NCBI GenBank assembly: GCA_039621445.1
Contig: CP154954.1
Span: 35,759,703-35,823,702 of the forward strand
DNA length: 64,000 bases
DNA from: Euglena gracilis
Lineage: Eukaryota
Direction of reading: 5' to 3'
In this document: one piece after another, positions 1 through 12,001 of the stretch
Numbering within the stretch: the first letter of the stretch is position 1
How the letters are laid out: each line of letters opens with the position of its first letter
Program-made: the position numbers and the translations under genes
Notes under the pieces: generated by a model
What the model was told of the DNA's origin: nothing
What the model saw: the letters and a program-made list of their open reading frames with translations, nothing else
The model's database searches: none

Positions 1-1043
1 CTCGGGGATGGCGGCGGACGGGTCTGTCAACCGCCCGTGGTGGACAGCCTGGGCGTCCTGCTGGGAAGACTGCAGGGCGGCGGTCGCGGCGGCGACGACC
101 AGCCGGGCGGTGGGCGGTGGGCCGCGGGCGGGGAGGGTGGGCGACCGCTGGGGGTGGACGGGCGGGTGGGGGGACCGGTGGGCGGAAGCAATTGGCAACA
201 ATTTGCAAGTCATCAGAAGGACAGGTGAGCGAGCGAGTGCAGAAGGAACGGGTTTGGTGTGTACCTTTCCAGGGGACCAGGGGCGTGACTGGTCAACTGG
301 AATCAGCCACTGTTCACCGGCATGACTTTTGAGGAGGCTGTTCTGAATCTGAGAAGGGCAGATTGCAACACCTTCCCAAACTGCTCCTGGAAAAGTCAGT
401 ATTCAGGAAAGCAGCTGACGAGCCTTGTGGCAAATATTTCTGTTTGGATTTAAACAGGAACGCTGATGCGAGAGGTTTTCAGAGGGTGTCAGCGCCAAGA
501 GCACTGAAATCCTTGACTATGAAGAATGAACCCTTGCGTAGAGACAGTTCTTCAAAAGGGTAACAGAAAAAAATGCACAGCGCTCCACTTGGTGCCAGAA
601 ACGAGCACTCATTTTTGAGAAATAGCCAAATGTGACAAGGGACAGCTCTGATGAAAGATCCATTCCTTTCAAATCTCTCCACAGCTGTTGGAGGAGATGG
701 AAAAACCACCTCCTCGGAGGGAAAATTGTTGAAATGCGACATGGTTTGTGTTTTCAAAAATCGTATATCAAAGCAGCGTCTTACCAACGTTTCCAGAGAA
801 TTATCAAAAATGCACAGCCAAAAGTGGCATATTCTAACAACAAAATATAATGCACGGCTTGGTTCTGCCAGCCCCTGGATGCGCTTAATGTGGGGGAAAT
901 AATAATCTTCAAGGTCCCTGAAGACTCCCAGAGGTTCAGCTGACTGGCAGGAAAAAGGTGCTGGGTGGAACCCACCCCCTGGGGGGGGACCCAAATGGTA
1001 CAAAACTGGACAGAGCACAATTGTCCAGCTGTCCAAAATGTGA

Positions 1044-4000
1044 TTGCAAGAAATGAGCAGATTTAGATGGGTGCATTCGACCATTCCGGGGGACATTTAC
1101 CAGGTCAGCCCAGGTTACCATGTAAAAATGGACCAAATTGGGCCATACTCCGAGTTACCGAATGGGTGTTGCAGGGAGGCCTCCAAGGTCAGGGGACCCG
1201 TTGGTTTCATGATTGTCGTGGTTTAATGGTAAGAAAAGCATGCAGCGGGAATGTTGGTTGCAAGAAATGAGCACATTTAGATGGGTGCATTCGACCATTC
1301 CGGGGGACATTTACCAGGTCAGCCCAGGTTACCATGTAAAAATGGACCAAATTGGGCCTTACTCCGAGTAACCGAATGGGTGTTCCAGGAGCCCTCCAAA
1401 GTCAGGGGACCCGTTGGTTTCATGATTGTCGTGGTTTAATGGTAAGAAAAACATGCAGCGGGAAGGTTGGTTGCAAGAAATGAGCAGATTTAGATGGGTG
1501 CATTCGACCATTCCGGGGGACATTTACCAGGTCAGCCCAGGTTACCATGTAAAAATGGACCAAATTGGGCCTTACTCCGAGTAACCGAATGGGTGTTCCA
1601 GGAGGCCTCCAAAGTCAGGGGACCCGTTGGTTTCATGATTGTCGTGGTTTAATGGTAAGAAAAACATGCAGCCGGAAGGTTGGTTGCAAGAAATGAGCAG
1701 ATTTAGATGGGTGCATTCGACCATTCCGGGGGACATTTACCAGGTCAGCCCAGGTTCCCATGTAAAAATGGACCAAATTGGGCCTTACTCCGAGTTACCG
1801 AATGGGTGTTCCAGGAGGCCTCCAAAGTCAGGGGACCCGTTGGTTTCATGGTTGTCGTGGTTTAATGGTAAGAAGAAACATGCAGCGGGAAGGTTGGTTG
1901 CAAGAAATCAGCACATTTAGATGGGTTCATTCGACCATTCCGGGGGACATTTACCAGGTCAGCCCAGGTTACCATGTAAAAATGGACCAAATTGGGCCTT
2001 ACACCGAGTTACCGAATGGGTGTTCCAGGAGCCCGCCAAAGTCAGGGGACCCGTTGGTTTCATGATTGTCGTGGTTTAGTGGTAAGAAAAACATGCAGCC
2101 GGAAGGTTGGTTGCAAGAAATGAGCACATTTAGATGGGTGCATTCGACCATTCCGGGGGACATTTACCAGGTCAGCCCAGGATTACCATGCGAAAATGGA
2201 CCAATCCGGGCCTTACTCCGAGTAACCGAATGGGTGTTCCAGGAGGCCTCCAAAGTCAGGGGACCCGTTGCTTTCATGATTTTCGTGGTTTTATGGTAAG
2301 AAAAACATGCAGCGGGAATGTTGGTTGCAAGAAATGAGCACATTTAGATGGGTGCATTCGACCATTCCAGGGGACATTTACCAGGTCAGCCCAGGTTTAC
2401 CATGCGAAAATGGACCAATCTGGGCCTTACTCCGAGTAGCCGAATGGGTGTTCCAGGAGGCCTTTAAAGTCAAGGGACCCGTTGGTTTCATGATTGTCGT
2501 GGTTTAATGGTAAGAAAAACATGCAGCGGGAATGCTGGTTGCAAGAAATGAGCACATTTAGATGGGTGCATTCGACCATTCCGGGGGACATTTACCAGGT
2601 CAGCCCAGGTTACCATGTAAAAATGGACCAAATTGGGCCATACTCCGAGTTACCGAATGGGTGTTCCAGGAGGCCTCCAAAGTCAGGGGACCCGTTGCTT
2701 TCATGATTGTCGTGGTTTAATGGTAAGAAAAACATGCAGCGGGAATGTTGGTTGCAAGAAATGAGCAGATTTAGATGGGTGCATTCGACCATTCCGGGGG
2801 ACATTTACCAGGTCAGCCCAGGTTACCATGTAAAAATGGACCAAATTGGGCCTTACTCCGAGTAACCGAATGGGTGTTCCAGGAGGCCTCCAAAGTCAGG
2901 GGACCCGTTGGTTTCATGGTTGTCGTGGTTTAATGGTAAGAAAAACATGCAGCGGGAAGGTTGGTTGCAAGAAATCAGCACATTTAGATGGGTGCATTCG
3001 ACCATTCCGGGGGTTACCATGTAAAAATGGACCAAATTGGGCCTTACTCCGAGTTACCGAATGGGTGTTCCAGGAGCCCGCCAAAGTCAGGGGACCCGTT
3101 GGTTTCATGATTGTCGTGGTTTAATGGTAATAAAAACACGCAGCCGGAAGGTTGGTTGCCAGAAATGAACAGATTTAGTTGGGTGCATTCGAGCATTCCG
3201 GGGGACATTTACCAGGTCAGCCCAGGTTCCCATGTAAAAATGGACCAAATTGGGCCTTACTCCGAGTTACCGAATGGGTGTTCCAGGAGGCCTCCAAAGT
3301 CAGGGGACCCGTTGGTTTCATGGTTGTCGTGGTTTAATGGTAAGAAAAACATGCAGCGGGAAGGTTGGTTGCAAGAAATCAGCACATTTAGATGGGTGCA
3401 TTCGACCATTCCGGGGGTTACCATGAGTTGAAGGAAAATTCCCCAGGAGCCCAGGCAGTTGGGTTCAGTCGCTCCTCCCATCTGCTGGGGGTGGGGGGGG
3501 GGGTGGACCGATGTAGCAGCAGCAAGAGCCACCCTCGTAGTGGTTTTCCCATTTGCGATGACAGCTTTTCGGAAAAAAAGACAACTCAAAATTTCAATGG
3601 TTCTTATTTTGCCAAAATATGAGTAAGAACCGGTGTAAAAATGGACCAAATTGGGCCTTACTCCGAGTTACCGAATGGGTGTTCCAGGAGCCCGCCAAAG
3701 TCAGGGGACCCGTTGGTTTCATGATTGTCGTGGTTTAATGGTAATAAAAACATGCAGCGGGAATGTTGGTTGCAAGAAATGAGCACATTTAGATGGGTGC
3801 ATTCGACCATTCCGGGGGACATTTACCAGGTCAGCCCAGGTTACCATGTAAAAATGGACCAAATTGGGCCTTACTCCGAGTTACCGAATGGGTGTTCCAG
3901 GAGGCCTCCAAGGTCAGGGGACCCGTTGGTTTCCTGATTGTCGTGGTTTAATGGTAAGACAAACATGCAGCGGGAAGGTTGGTTGCAAGAAATGAGCACA

Positions 4001-4292
4001 TTTAGATGGGTGCATTCGACCATTCCGGGGGACATTAACCAGGCCAGCCCAGGTTACCATGTAAAAATGGACCAAATTGGGCCTTACTCCGAGTAACTGA
4101 ATGGGTGTTCCAGGAGGCCTCCAAGGTCAGGGGACCCGTTGGTTTCATGATTGTCGTGGTTTAATGGTAAGAAAAACATGCAGCCGGAAGGTTGGTTGCA
4201 AGAAATGAGCAGATTTAGATGGGTGCATTCGACCATTCCGGGGGACATTTACCAGGTCAGCCCAAGTTACCATGTAAAAATGGACCAAATTG
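1044..4292 (+). repeat. 213-bp tandem satellite, block 1 (about 15 monomers, one foreign insertion)
   Basis: Unit ...ttgcaagaaatgagcagatttagatgggtgcattcgaccattccgggggacatttaccaggtcagcccaggttaccatgtaaaaatggaccaaattgggcc... recurs with a 213-bp period; two monomers (near 3010 and 3415) share a ~21-bp deletion. Confidence 0.97.
3426..3635. other. 210-bp non-satellite insertion inside a satellite monomer
   Basis: Satellite ...gttaccatg|taaaaatgg... is interrupted by unrelated sequence containing a G-run; the flanks join perfectly if it is removed (possible TG duplication). Confidence 0.8.
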
Positions 4293-4298
4293 TGTAGG

Positions 4299-4310
4299 GC
4301 TCTGCTACCA
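4299..4310 (-). promoter_or_regulatory. PBS-like motif TGGTAGCAGAGC (complementary to the 3' end of eukaryotic initiator tRNA-Met)
   Basis: Plus strand gctctgctacca; on the minus strand it directly follows ...CCCCAACA. Confidence 0.65.
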
Positions 4311-5001
4311 TGTTGGGGTTGCCCCTCCTGAGGTCCCTGTGAAGGGACCCCTGGTGGCGCAACCCGCGTAGGATCGTTAAAATTTGAGCCCGTCCGGCCC
4401 ACAGGGTTTTCCCCTTGGTGAAAAAGTGGGGTAGGGGTTGGTGTTGGTGTAGGTGAAGCTGCAGAATTGAAAAAATACATACTTTTGGGGTCCACTCAAT
4501 TGAACTTGATTGAATAATCTGGTCAATGCCTTGGACTTGTTTGCTTGAACTTGTTTGATTGTTTGTTGATTGCCAAATGCAAAAACACAATTGAATGCCA
4601 AACAATGAACAGAGACACAGTATGTGAACAGAGTGTAAACAGAGCCCTGTGCAGAAAATGTGCAATTGTAGAGGGGCTCCAGCTGGGGGGGCTACTTGGT
4701 ATATTTTGCGCAATTCTTAAATGAATTGTGCCATCCCAAGCGTCCACCAAGGGGGTGCGCATGCTTGCACAAAGCCCTGCAGGGCTTGCGCATCCCCTTG
4801 GGGGTTGCCTGTTGGCCCCCTCAAACTGCCCCCTCCTTTACCTTCCCTTGGATTGCTCAAAATGGGCTGTGGGGCCCCTTTGGGGGCCAGTGGGACCTCA
4901 AAAGGCCCTTGGGGGCCTTGGAGCCCCCTTGCGGCCCTTCGTGGCCCCTTTGGGCCCCCTTGGGACCTCTCCTTGGGGCGGGCACCCTCGGACCGCGCAC
5001 A
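4311..5001 (-). repeat. Putative 3' LTR of family 1 (about 690 bp; alternative end at 4293)
   Basis: Minus strand begins TGTGCGCGG directly after the purine tract and ends ...CCCCAACA before the PBS-like motif; no second LTR copy in the window to confirm the boundaries. Confidence 0.6.
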
Positions 5002-5012
5002 CTCCCCTCCTC
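5002..5012 (-). promoter_or_regulatory. Polypurine tract (PPT) GAGGAGGGGAG
   Basis: Minus strand ttttctt-GAGGAGGGGAG-TGTG, downstream of pol and immediately before a TG terminus. Confidence 0.65.
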
Positions 5013-6437
5013 AAGAAAATTGCCGTGCAATTTAAATTCGACTCCTTTGCCGGTCCGAGGTGCCGTGCCCCCCCCCGACTATTTTGTATTTTTTTTGTTG
5101 ACGCCCCGTGGCCCTTCCTGTGTGTGCGCGTGCTCCATGGTGACAAAACAATCGTTGTGTTGTGTTTGGACGTGTCAACAGTGCTGGCTACGCGGGGCGG
5201 CAGGGGCGAGGGACAGGGTGGGGGCGGGAGTTGCCACAGGGAGGGGAGGGGGGGGGGGGGGCCCATCAAACGGCCTCGCCACGGGTCCGTGACCCGGGGA
5301 GGCACCGCTTGGGGCCGCTCCGCTCCCCTCCGCTCCCCTGGCCCGTGAGCCTTCTTGGCCCTGGGGTGGGGGGGGACTGCCCCCCCCCCCCGAAACACTC
5401 GATGCCAATGTGTAATTGTGATTCCCCCCCCAGGCCCCGCTTGGCCCTGGGTGGAAAACTCCTGCATGTTGGAAGGAACATTTGACCAACCCAGCAGGGC
5501 CGCCCCGCCTTGCCCGGTATCCCGGGGCCAAAGGCCCCGGGGCTTGGCGGGGTGCGTGCTGGGGGGGGCGCGGGGGAGGCGCCTTGAGTGGGGCCAGTTC
5601 CTTGGAGGAGGGGGCTGCCCCCCCCCCCCTGGGGGGGGTCGGGGCGGCCCCCCCCCCCGCGTTGTGGCCGGGCCGCCTTGGCGGGGCCCGTCCTCTTTGG
5701 GGGGGGCTGCCCCCCCCCGCTCTCCCGGTGTGGAGGGGGTTGGCGCTTGCCCCCCCCCCGTGGCTTCAAAAAATTGGCCGACGGGGTGTATTTTGTTTAA
5801 AAATTGGTGGAAAAGCGGCAGGCGCCCCCCCCTCCCCCGACATGGTGGGCCGAGGAGGTGTGTGGACGACCGCAAAAAAATCGGTCAAAAAAGGCAGGCG
5901 CCCCTCGGCGCGGTGGGCCGATGAGGGGGTAGCCAACCGTCAAACCGGGAAGAATTGGCAGGCGCCCCCCCCCTCGGCACGGTGGGCCGAAAGTGTGGGC
6001 CCAACCATCAAAAATGACAAAATGGGCAGGTGCCCCCCCCCCCGCCCAACTTGGCCCGGGCACCCCCACCGCCTAATGACAACGCAACACGAAAATGAAA
6101 TGGAGATCGACGACGAACACTTGAAGGGCTCAAAAAAAGGAAAAAAGAATAATGCACACCCGGGGGCTCGAGGCACCCGTTGGGCCTCCGTTCCCTGTGG
6201 GCCCTCGGGCCCGCAGGCGCCTGTGGACCCCCTGTGGGCCCCTCGGGCGCCGCACCGTGCGGTGTGGGCACGTGCGGCGCGTGGGGCGCCTCATCTCGTG
6301 GGCGCCTTGCCCCTCGGGCGTGTGTGGGGCCTTCGGGGTGCACGTGGCTGTGTGCTTGATTGGCCTGTTCGGCTCAGCGGGCGTCCCTCCAAGGTTTCCG
6401 CACACCAACCCATTTTCTGCCCCCCCCCCCCGGTGGG

Positions 6438-7007
6438 CTAGCCTCCACAGGTAAGCCGGCCCAGGCTACGTCTGGGTCGGGGGGGGGGAGGGGTCCTCAT
6501 CGGAGCCGGGCCACAAGGGCTCGAACTCCGCGAGGAGCAGTTGGAGCACCCCGCCGGGCTCCCCGACCTGGTCCCCTTCGGCGTCCTCGGCCTCGGGGTC
6601 CCCGGCCGTGCAGCCGCGGCGAGGAGGTCCAACGACCCCGACTCGCTTGCCTCCTCCTCGCTCCCCTGGTCGTCCCCTTCGTCCCCTTCGCGCCGCCTGC
6701 ACCTCATCCACCCGCGGTGCTCCCTCGCCCACCAACCCCCCACCACGCTCCGGAGGTGCTCCACCTCCGCCGCCAGCCCCTCGAGGTAGGCCAGCAGGGA
6801 GCGGAGGTCCTCCGGGCGTGTGGGGGGACGGTGGTCGGGGGGAGTCGGCCGGCTGGGGAGGTTCCGCGGGGGGTGTCCAGGCGGGGGCGCTTGGGGGCGG
6901 GCAAGAGGGTGAGGAGGGCGGCCTCCGCCTCGGCGGCCGATGGTGGCGGGGGGGCGACGGGGAAGAGGTCCAGGGACGTAGGGGCGACGGGGCACGTAGC
7001 GCTGCAT
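6438..7007 (-). CDS. Putative extra ORF downstream of pol (about 189 aa; Pro/Arg-rich, amphipathic helix, acidic patch), function unknown
   Basis: ATG lies 1 nt after the pol stop (TAG G ATG); contains EDLRSLLAYLEGLAAEVEHLRSVV and EGDEGDDQGSEEEASES. GC-rich DNA makes a chance ORF possible. Confidence 0.4.
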   Translation of the reverse strand: MQRYVPRRPYVPGPLPRRPPATIGRRGGGRPPHPLARPQAPPPGHPPRNLPSRPTPPDHRPPTRPEDLRSLLAYLEGLAAEVEHLRSVVGGWWAREHRGWMRCRRREGDEGDDQGSEEEASESGSLDLLAAAARPGTPRPRTPKGTRSGSPAGCSNCSSRSSSPCGPAPMRTPPPPRPRRSLGRLTCGG

Positions 7008-7008
7008 C

Positions 7009-9483
7009 CTACGCACAAGAGCGAAGGATGTGCGTGTGCTCCGTCACCACCACAATCCCCGCACCCGCCGTCCCCTCGCCTCCACCTCCTACCCCCCCCC
7101 CCTCTTTACCCCCTCCCCCCCCCCCCCCCCTTCCCGGGCGGGGAAGGCCCACCCCCCCCCACGGAATCCCCCTTGCTGCACAATAATCAACCACATCCTC
7201 ATTGTACGAGGGGAAGAAATCTGACCATGGCAGCCATTGGAGATCCGTCGGATCCCAATTTTTCCACCTCACCTGAAATTCCGGGACTCCCGTTTCCGGG
7301 TGGTTCCGGCTGCCCACAATCTCCTCCACCACCCACTCATCCGGTCCCACCTCCAGGGGGGCCGCCTTGTCATTGAAATAGAACAGTGGGAGGGGGTCGG
7401 TGGAGAACTCGTCCTCCGCGTGGAGCTTGAGTTGGCTCCGGTGTGTCTCTTGGCGGGCCCCTGGGGCCAGCTCCACCACATATGAGTGGCGACCCCGGCG
7501 GGCCACCACAGTCCCCCTTTTCCACTTGGTGGCCAACTTGTCCGTGCCCGGCTGTGTCTCGGGACGGTACCACACCTTGGCACCGACCTCCAGGGGAGGT
7601 GGGTCCCTTCTCTTGGCGTTGATGGAAGCCCACCGTTTGGCGTGCAAGGCATTCAAGGTTGAGGCCACCTTCTCGTCCATAGCCCGCATCCGTGCCATGA
7701 AGTTGGCTGCCCCCTCGGCCTCTCGTGGGGGCTGGTGGGGCAGGCCTTGGAGTGGCCGGTGCCGCCCGAAGACCACTTGGTAGGGCGACAAGCCGGACTC
7801 CCCTGGCACATCGTGCAGGTGCCGGAGGGCCTTGGGTAACAGCACCACCCATGAGGCCTCCTTCTCCGACAGGTCAGCGATGAGCTTGGACAGAGTGTTC
7901 ATCACCCGTTGGCCTGCCACCTCTGCCCGACCGTTGGCCTGGTGGTGGTAGGCCTGCCCGTAGGCGCGCCTCACCCCCATGGCGGCGCACATTGTTTGCC
8001 ACCAAGCCGAGGCAAAGTGGGGGCCACGGTCCGAGGTCACCACAGAGGGTACCCCGAACGTGTCCCAGTGGCGGAACATGGCCTTGGCCACCACCTCAGC
8101 TGCCAGGCCCTTGTACTTGTGAGGGGTGGCCACCGTCCACCCAGTCTCACGGTCCACGCACAGGGCCAGAAAATCATACACCTGGCCCTCGTGGGTCACC
8201 TCAGGCATGGCGAACAGGTCCACTGCCACACTGTCCATGAGGAACGGTGGCACAGGGGTGGCTTCGAGAGCACACTTGAAAGGTGCTCGAGAGGGGTCAC
8301 AGGCTTGGCAGATTTCACATTGCCGCTGGATGCCTTGGGTGATTTTCACAGCCCCCCTTGGATCCGCGAACCTGTACCACCGCCCCATCCGGTGCCATAG
8401 CCTTGAGGCACCTGAGTGGCCCGCGTCCCCATGGTGGGCCCGGACCACGAGCCCCATCAGGCTGGTGGGCACACGGAGGAGCCCGTCCGTGTACATTTTG
8501 TCCCCGTACAGACGGACCCCCTCAGGCCACTCTCCTGCAGGGGCCTGCACACTTGCATAAACAGGCCCCCACACAGGGCAATTTTCATATGCCCGTGACC
8601 AATCCCTGTCCATCACTGGGATGGAGGGATCCTCCTCCACCTCCTCCTGGGTGTGCACCCCCGTGTCTGGAGAAAGTGAAATTGGTTCCCCCACAGGTTC
8701 CCCGAGATCCCCCCGGTGAGGATCATCGATGGTGGGGGTCAGCTGCAGGTCCTCACTCAGAACTCTTCGCCCCGGTTGCTGATCCTCAGGTCCCCCCCTT
8801 CTTGCCGGCTGTCCATTATCGAATTCATCCACGAAAAGATGGGGACGTGGGGAACCTCGTGTCTCCCGCGTGTCCAACCCAGGTACCTCAGGCCCCTGCC
8901 CTCCCATGAGGATGGGACCCGAATCTCCCGAGGGGGCGTCCACAGGCCCCTCCCCCCCTGTGGGGTCAGGGCCAGGGCCCCCTGGCACTGAATCCTCAGC
9001 CCCCTCCCCCTCTGTGGGGCTGGGGCCAGGTCTGTGCTGTGCTGCTGTGTCTCTCCAACTGCGTGTTGTTACTGCCACGTGGAGTTCCTCCCCCCCGTGC
9101 GGTGTCCCGCATTCTCGCTCTTCCCTCCGTTCTTCTTCGATCATGGCCCTCATTGCCTCATCATTCTCCTCGCTCCCGTGGAGGCTGATTTCGGCAAATG
9201 CCTTGGAGGCAGGATATGCCCACCTGCTCAGGGCATCTGCCACCACGTTTTCCTTTCCCGGGATGTAGACCACGTGAAGGTCAAACCGGGAGAAAATTTC
9301 ATGCCAGCGTCCCCGCCTTCCCGCAGGTCCGCTGGGCGTGTCCAGGGTTTCCTTGGCCCAGGCCTCCAGGGACTTGTGGTCCGTGAGGACCAACACCGGC
9401 TGCAGGCCGATGTAGGAGGCCCATTTCTGGATGTCCAGGATGATGGCGTAGGTCTCCTTCTCTCGCGGAGACCAGCTTTTCAA
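7009..9483 (-). pseudogene. pol: Pol C-terminal part: RNase H end, long linker, integrase (HHCC, DDE, GPY/F-like) and chromodomain
   Basis: EKETYAII...LTDHKSL...ENVVADALSR (RNase H); HHGDAGH...CEICQAC; VAVDLF...TSDRGPHF...NGRAE; KLATKWKRG...HSYVVEL; WVVEEIVGSR...EFQVRWKNWDPTDLQWLP (chromodomain, about 7215-7340). Frameshifted from the RT part near 9485. Confidence 0.93.
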
Positions 9484-11345
9484 CCTGTCCAGCCGTGAGT
9501 TTTCGGGAGCAGAAGGCCACGGGCACGGTTTTCCGTGTGGTGGCCTCCACGGCTGTGGGAATCCCTACCGTTGGCTCCAAAAACTGTTCAAGGGCTGCCC
9601 CCACCGCCTTGTCGCTCGCATCAACCCGGAGAATGAATGGCTGGTCCGGGTTGATGGTGTGGAGCTCCAATCCCCGGAGGAGCTCCTGCTTCAGGGCGGT
9701 GAAGGCCTCCCGTTCCACTTGGCCGAATTTCACAGGTTTTTTGCTGCCTTTTTTCCCTTCCACACGTCCCACCTTGAGGAGTTCCATCAGGGGGGTTGCA
9801 CACCGGGCATACTCCTTCACGTAGCTGGAGTAGTAGTTGGTGAAGCCCAGAAAGCCCCTGAGGGTTGTGATCGTGAGGGGCTCCTCCCACTTCTCCAGCG
9901 CCATGAGTTTGCCCGGGGCTGGCCTCCGTTTTCCTCCCCCCAGGATGTGGCCACAGAACTCCACTTCTCTTACGAAGAAGCGGCACGTTTTTTTGTCCAC
10001 GACCAGGAGGTGTTCCCGCAGTGCCTCCAACACTCGCCTTATGTCCTGGTCGTGTGCCTCCAGGGTAGCTTCCTCTGTGCCACACCACTCGGTCCCCACG
10101 ATGATGCCGTCAACATATGGGTTGGCGACATCAGCCACATCCCTCAGCGAGTAGTCGATCACCCGCTGAAAAATGGCCACTCCATTTTTCAGGCCCATCA
10201 CGACCACACACCACTGCTTGGACCCTCGGGGGGTGCTGCAGCAGGTGTATGGGCGTGAGTCTTCGTGTAGGGGCACCTGATGGAAGGCATCCTTGAGATC
10301 AAGGACGGAGAACAGGTACCTCCGTCCTTGGTTCACCAGGATGTCTTCAATCCTGGGGAGGGGGTAAGCATCCGTCACTGTGGCCTCGTTTAATGCCCGA
10401 AATCCACAACCCCACGCCACCTCCCCTGTTTCTTGGCCACCACGAATGTGGGGCTGCTCCAGGCACTTGGCACCCCCTCCTCCACCTTCTTGTCCCGCAC
10501 CCACTCATCCACCAGGTCACACAAGGCCCTGTGCCTCTCCGCCGTCAGGTGGATGGGCCTCTGTTTCTTTGCCACAGATCCCGGTTTTAATTCGATTTTC
10601 CCTTCCCCCAGGGGCCCCCGAACGATTCCTTCCCCCCAAATCCTGTCTCGGAGAACCTCCCCCTCGAAGTCCCTCCGGAGGGCTGCCCGGAGCTCCTCAG
10701 CCCGCTGGCTGGTCACCTGTTCCCCTTCGGGAACAAGGATGACCCCTTGGGCTGCCCGTGCTTCGACCTCCCGGGCTGCCAGCAGGAGTTCCTTGGCCAC
10801 TGTCTCCTGGGTCGCCTCATCCTCGTGCAGGGGGTTTTCCTCCCACTCAGGCTCCTCGGTGTCCTCCCCCAGGGCTGCCTCTGGCAAAGCAAGCCGCAGT
10901 GCTCTGACTTTTTCCACCATTTTCAGGTATCTCACTCGCTTTTGTGCCTTTTTGTGGGCTGCTGGCTGAACTTGCTCACCCTCTGCATCATGTCCCCGAA
11001 GGAGGACCACCTGCTCTCCCCTCAATGCCAGGGCTCGGAGATGTGGAAACACCCCGAGCTGGTTTTCCTCCAGCCACGGAAAGCTGATGATGGTCTCCAC
11101 GTGGATGTCTGCCTCATAGAAGGAGGCTGGGGCCGTCCACAAGGCCCCTTCCCCCTGACCCAGGCCCCCCTCCCGCCGGAGGATCAGGCCCACGGTTGCC
11201 TCACGTTCCCCCCCTTCCATCTTGGCTCCACTAGCCGTCACCAGGGACAGGGGCTTGGGGGCAGGCAGGAGGTATGTGCTGGGTAGCATGCCTCTTCGGA
11301 CCAGGTTCACCTCTGCCCCTGTGTCAATGAGGGCGTTGATGAAGG
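9484..11345 (-). pseudogene. pol: Pol: aspartic protease, reverse transcriptase and RNase H start (mutated)
   Basis: NALIDTGAEVN; AWSSPTFVVAKK; YPLPRIED; LDLKDAFHQ; MGLKNG; YVDG (YVDD in the other copy); LRVDASD; frameshift near 10405. Confidence 0.93.
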
Positions 11346-11399
11346 TACCGCTCTGGCTCCGGAGACCCGGCAGCGTGGGCCTCCGGTGCCGGTGCTGTG

Positions 11400-12001
11400 G
11401 CCAGGTCACGGATGAGCGCCTCTGGGATCCGATATTTCAGGTGCCTGGGCAGGTTTTGGTGTTTGCTGCTGAGCCGAATTTTGTGCCGTCCCTTTCGTCA
11501 CCCCTCAGGTAGTGGGCTTTCCAGGTTGGTGCAGGTCCGGCCGTCACACACCCGTGGCCGGAGACCCAGGACATGGGGGCTGCCCCATATCCTGGTGGGC
11601 TTCTGGTAGCCCCAGTCAGCGTACTGGCAGTAATCCACGTCCACGTGTAGGATCCCTGCCATGTACCTGCGGGTCCGCAGGTAACCATACCGGGAGTTTT
11701 CCAGCCACCACCGCCGTGGGCGTAGGTATCTGATGATGGCCAGGGCCCGCTGCACCAGCCGATCAGCCAATTTAAAATCCCGTTCCCTGGTGGTCAGGGC
11801 CACGCTGAATTCGGTGCAGGGGACCCCGCACACCACCACCTCAAAATCCCCAGGCTGGAACTGTTTTTTAAAATTCCATTTCAGCACATCAACACAAATG
11901 TCTGGCCGCCACCTGGGGTCCACGTCCACCGACGTGACCTGGTAGCCCAGGCTGCGATAGACGTCCCCCACTGAACCTGTCCAGCAGAACAGGTCCAGCA
12001 T
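11400..12001 (-). pseudogene. C5-cytosine DNA methyltransferase domain, degenerate copy
   Basis: MLDLFCWTGSVG, VDVDP, CGVPCTEFS, WWLENSR, YQKPTRIWG; TGA stop at 11498 and about 100 bp missing before the protease relative to the plus copy. Confidence 0.85.

Noticed and set aside
1-1043. Possible gene or transposase fragment before the first satellite block
   Set aside because: Only short ORFs without a recognisable motif; cannot be assigned.
4696-6454. Overlapping Gly/Pro/Arg-rich ORFs on both strands
   Set aside because: Expected from very GC-rich, homopolymer-rich DNA; no domain signal.
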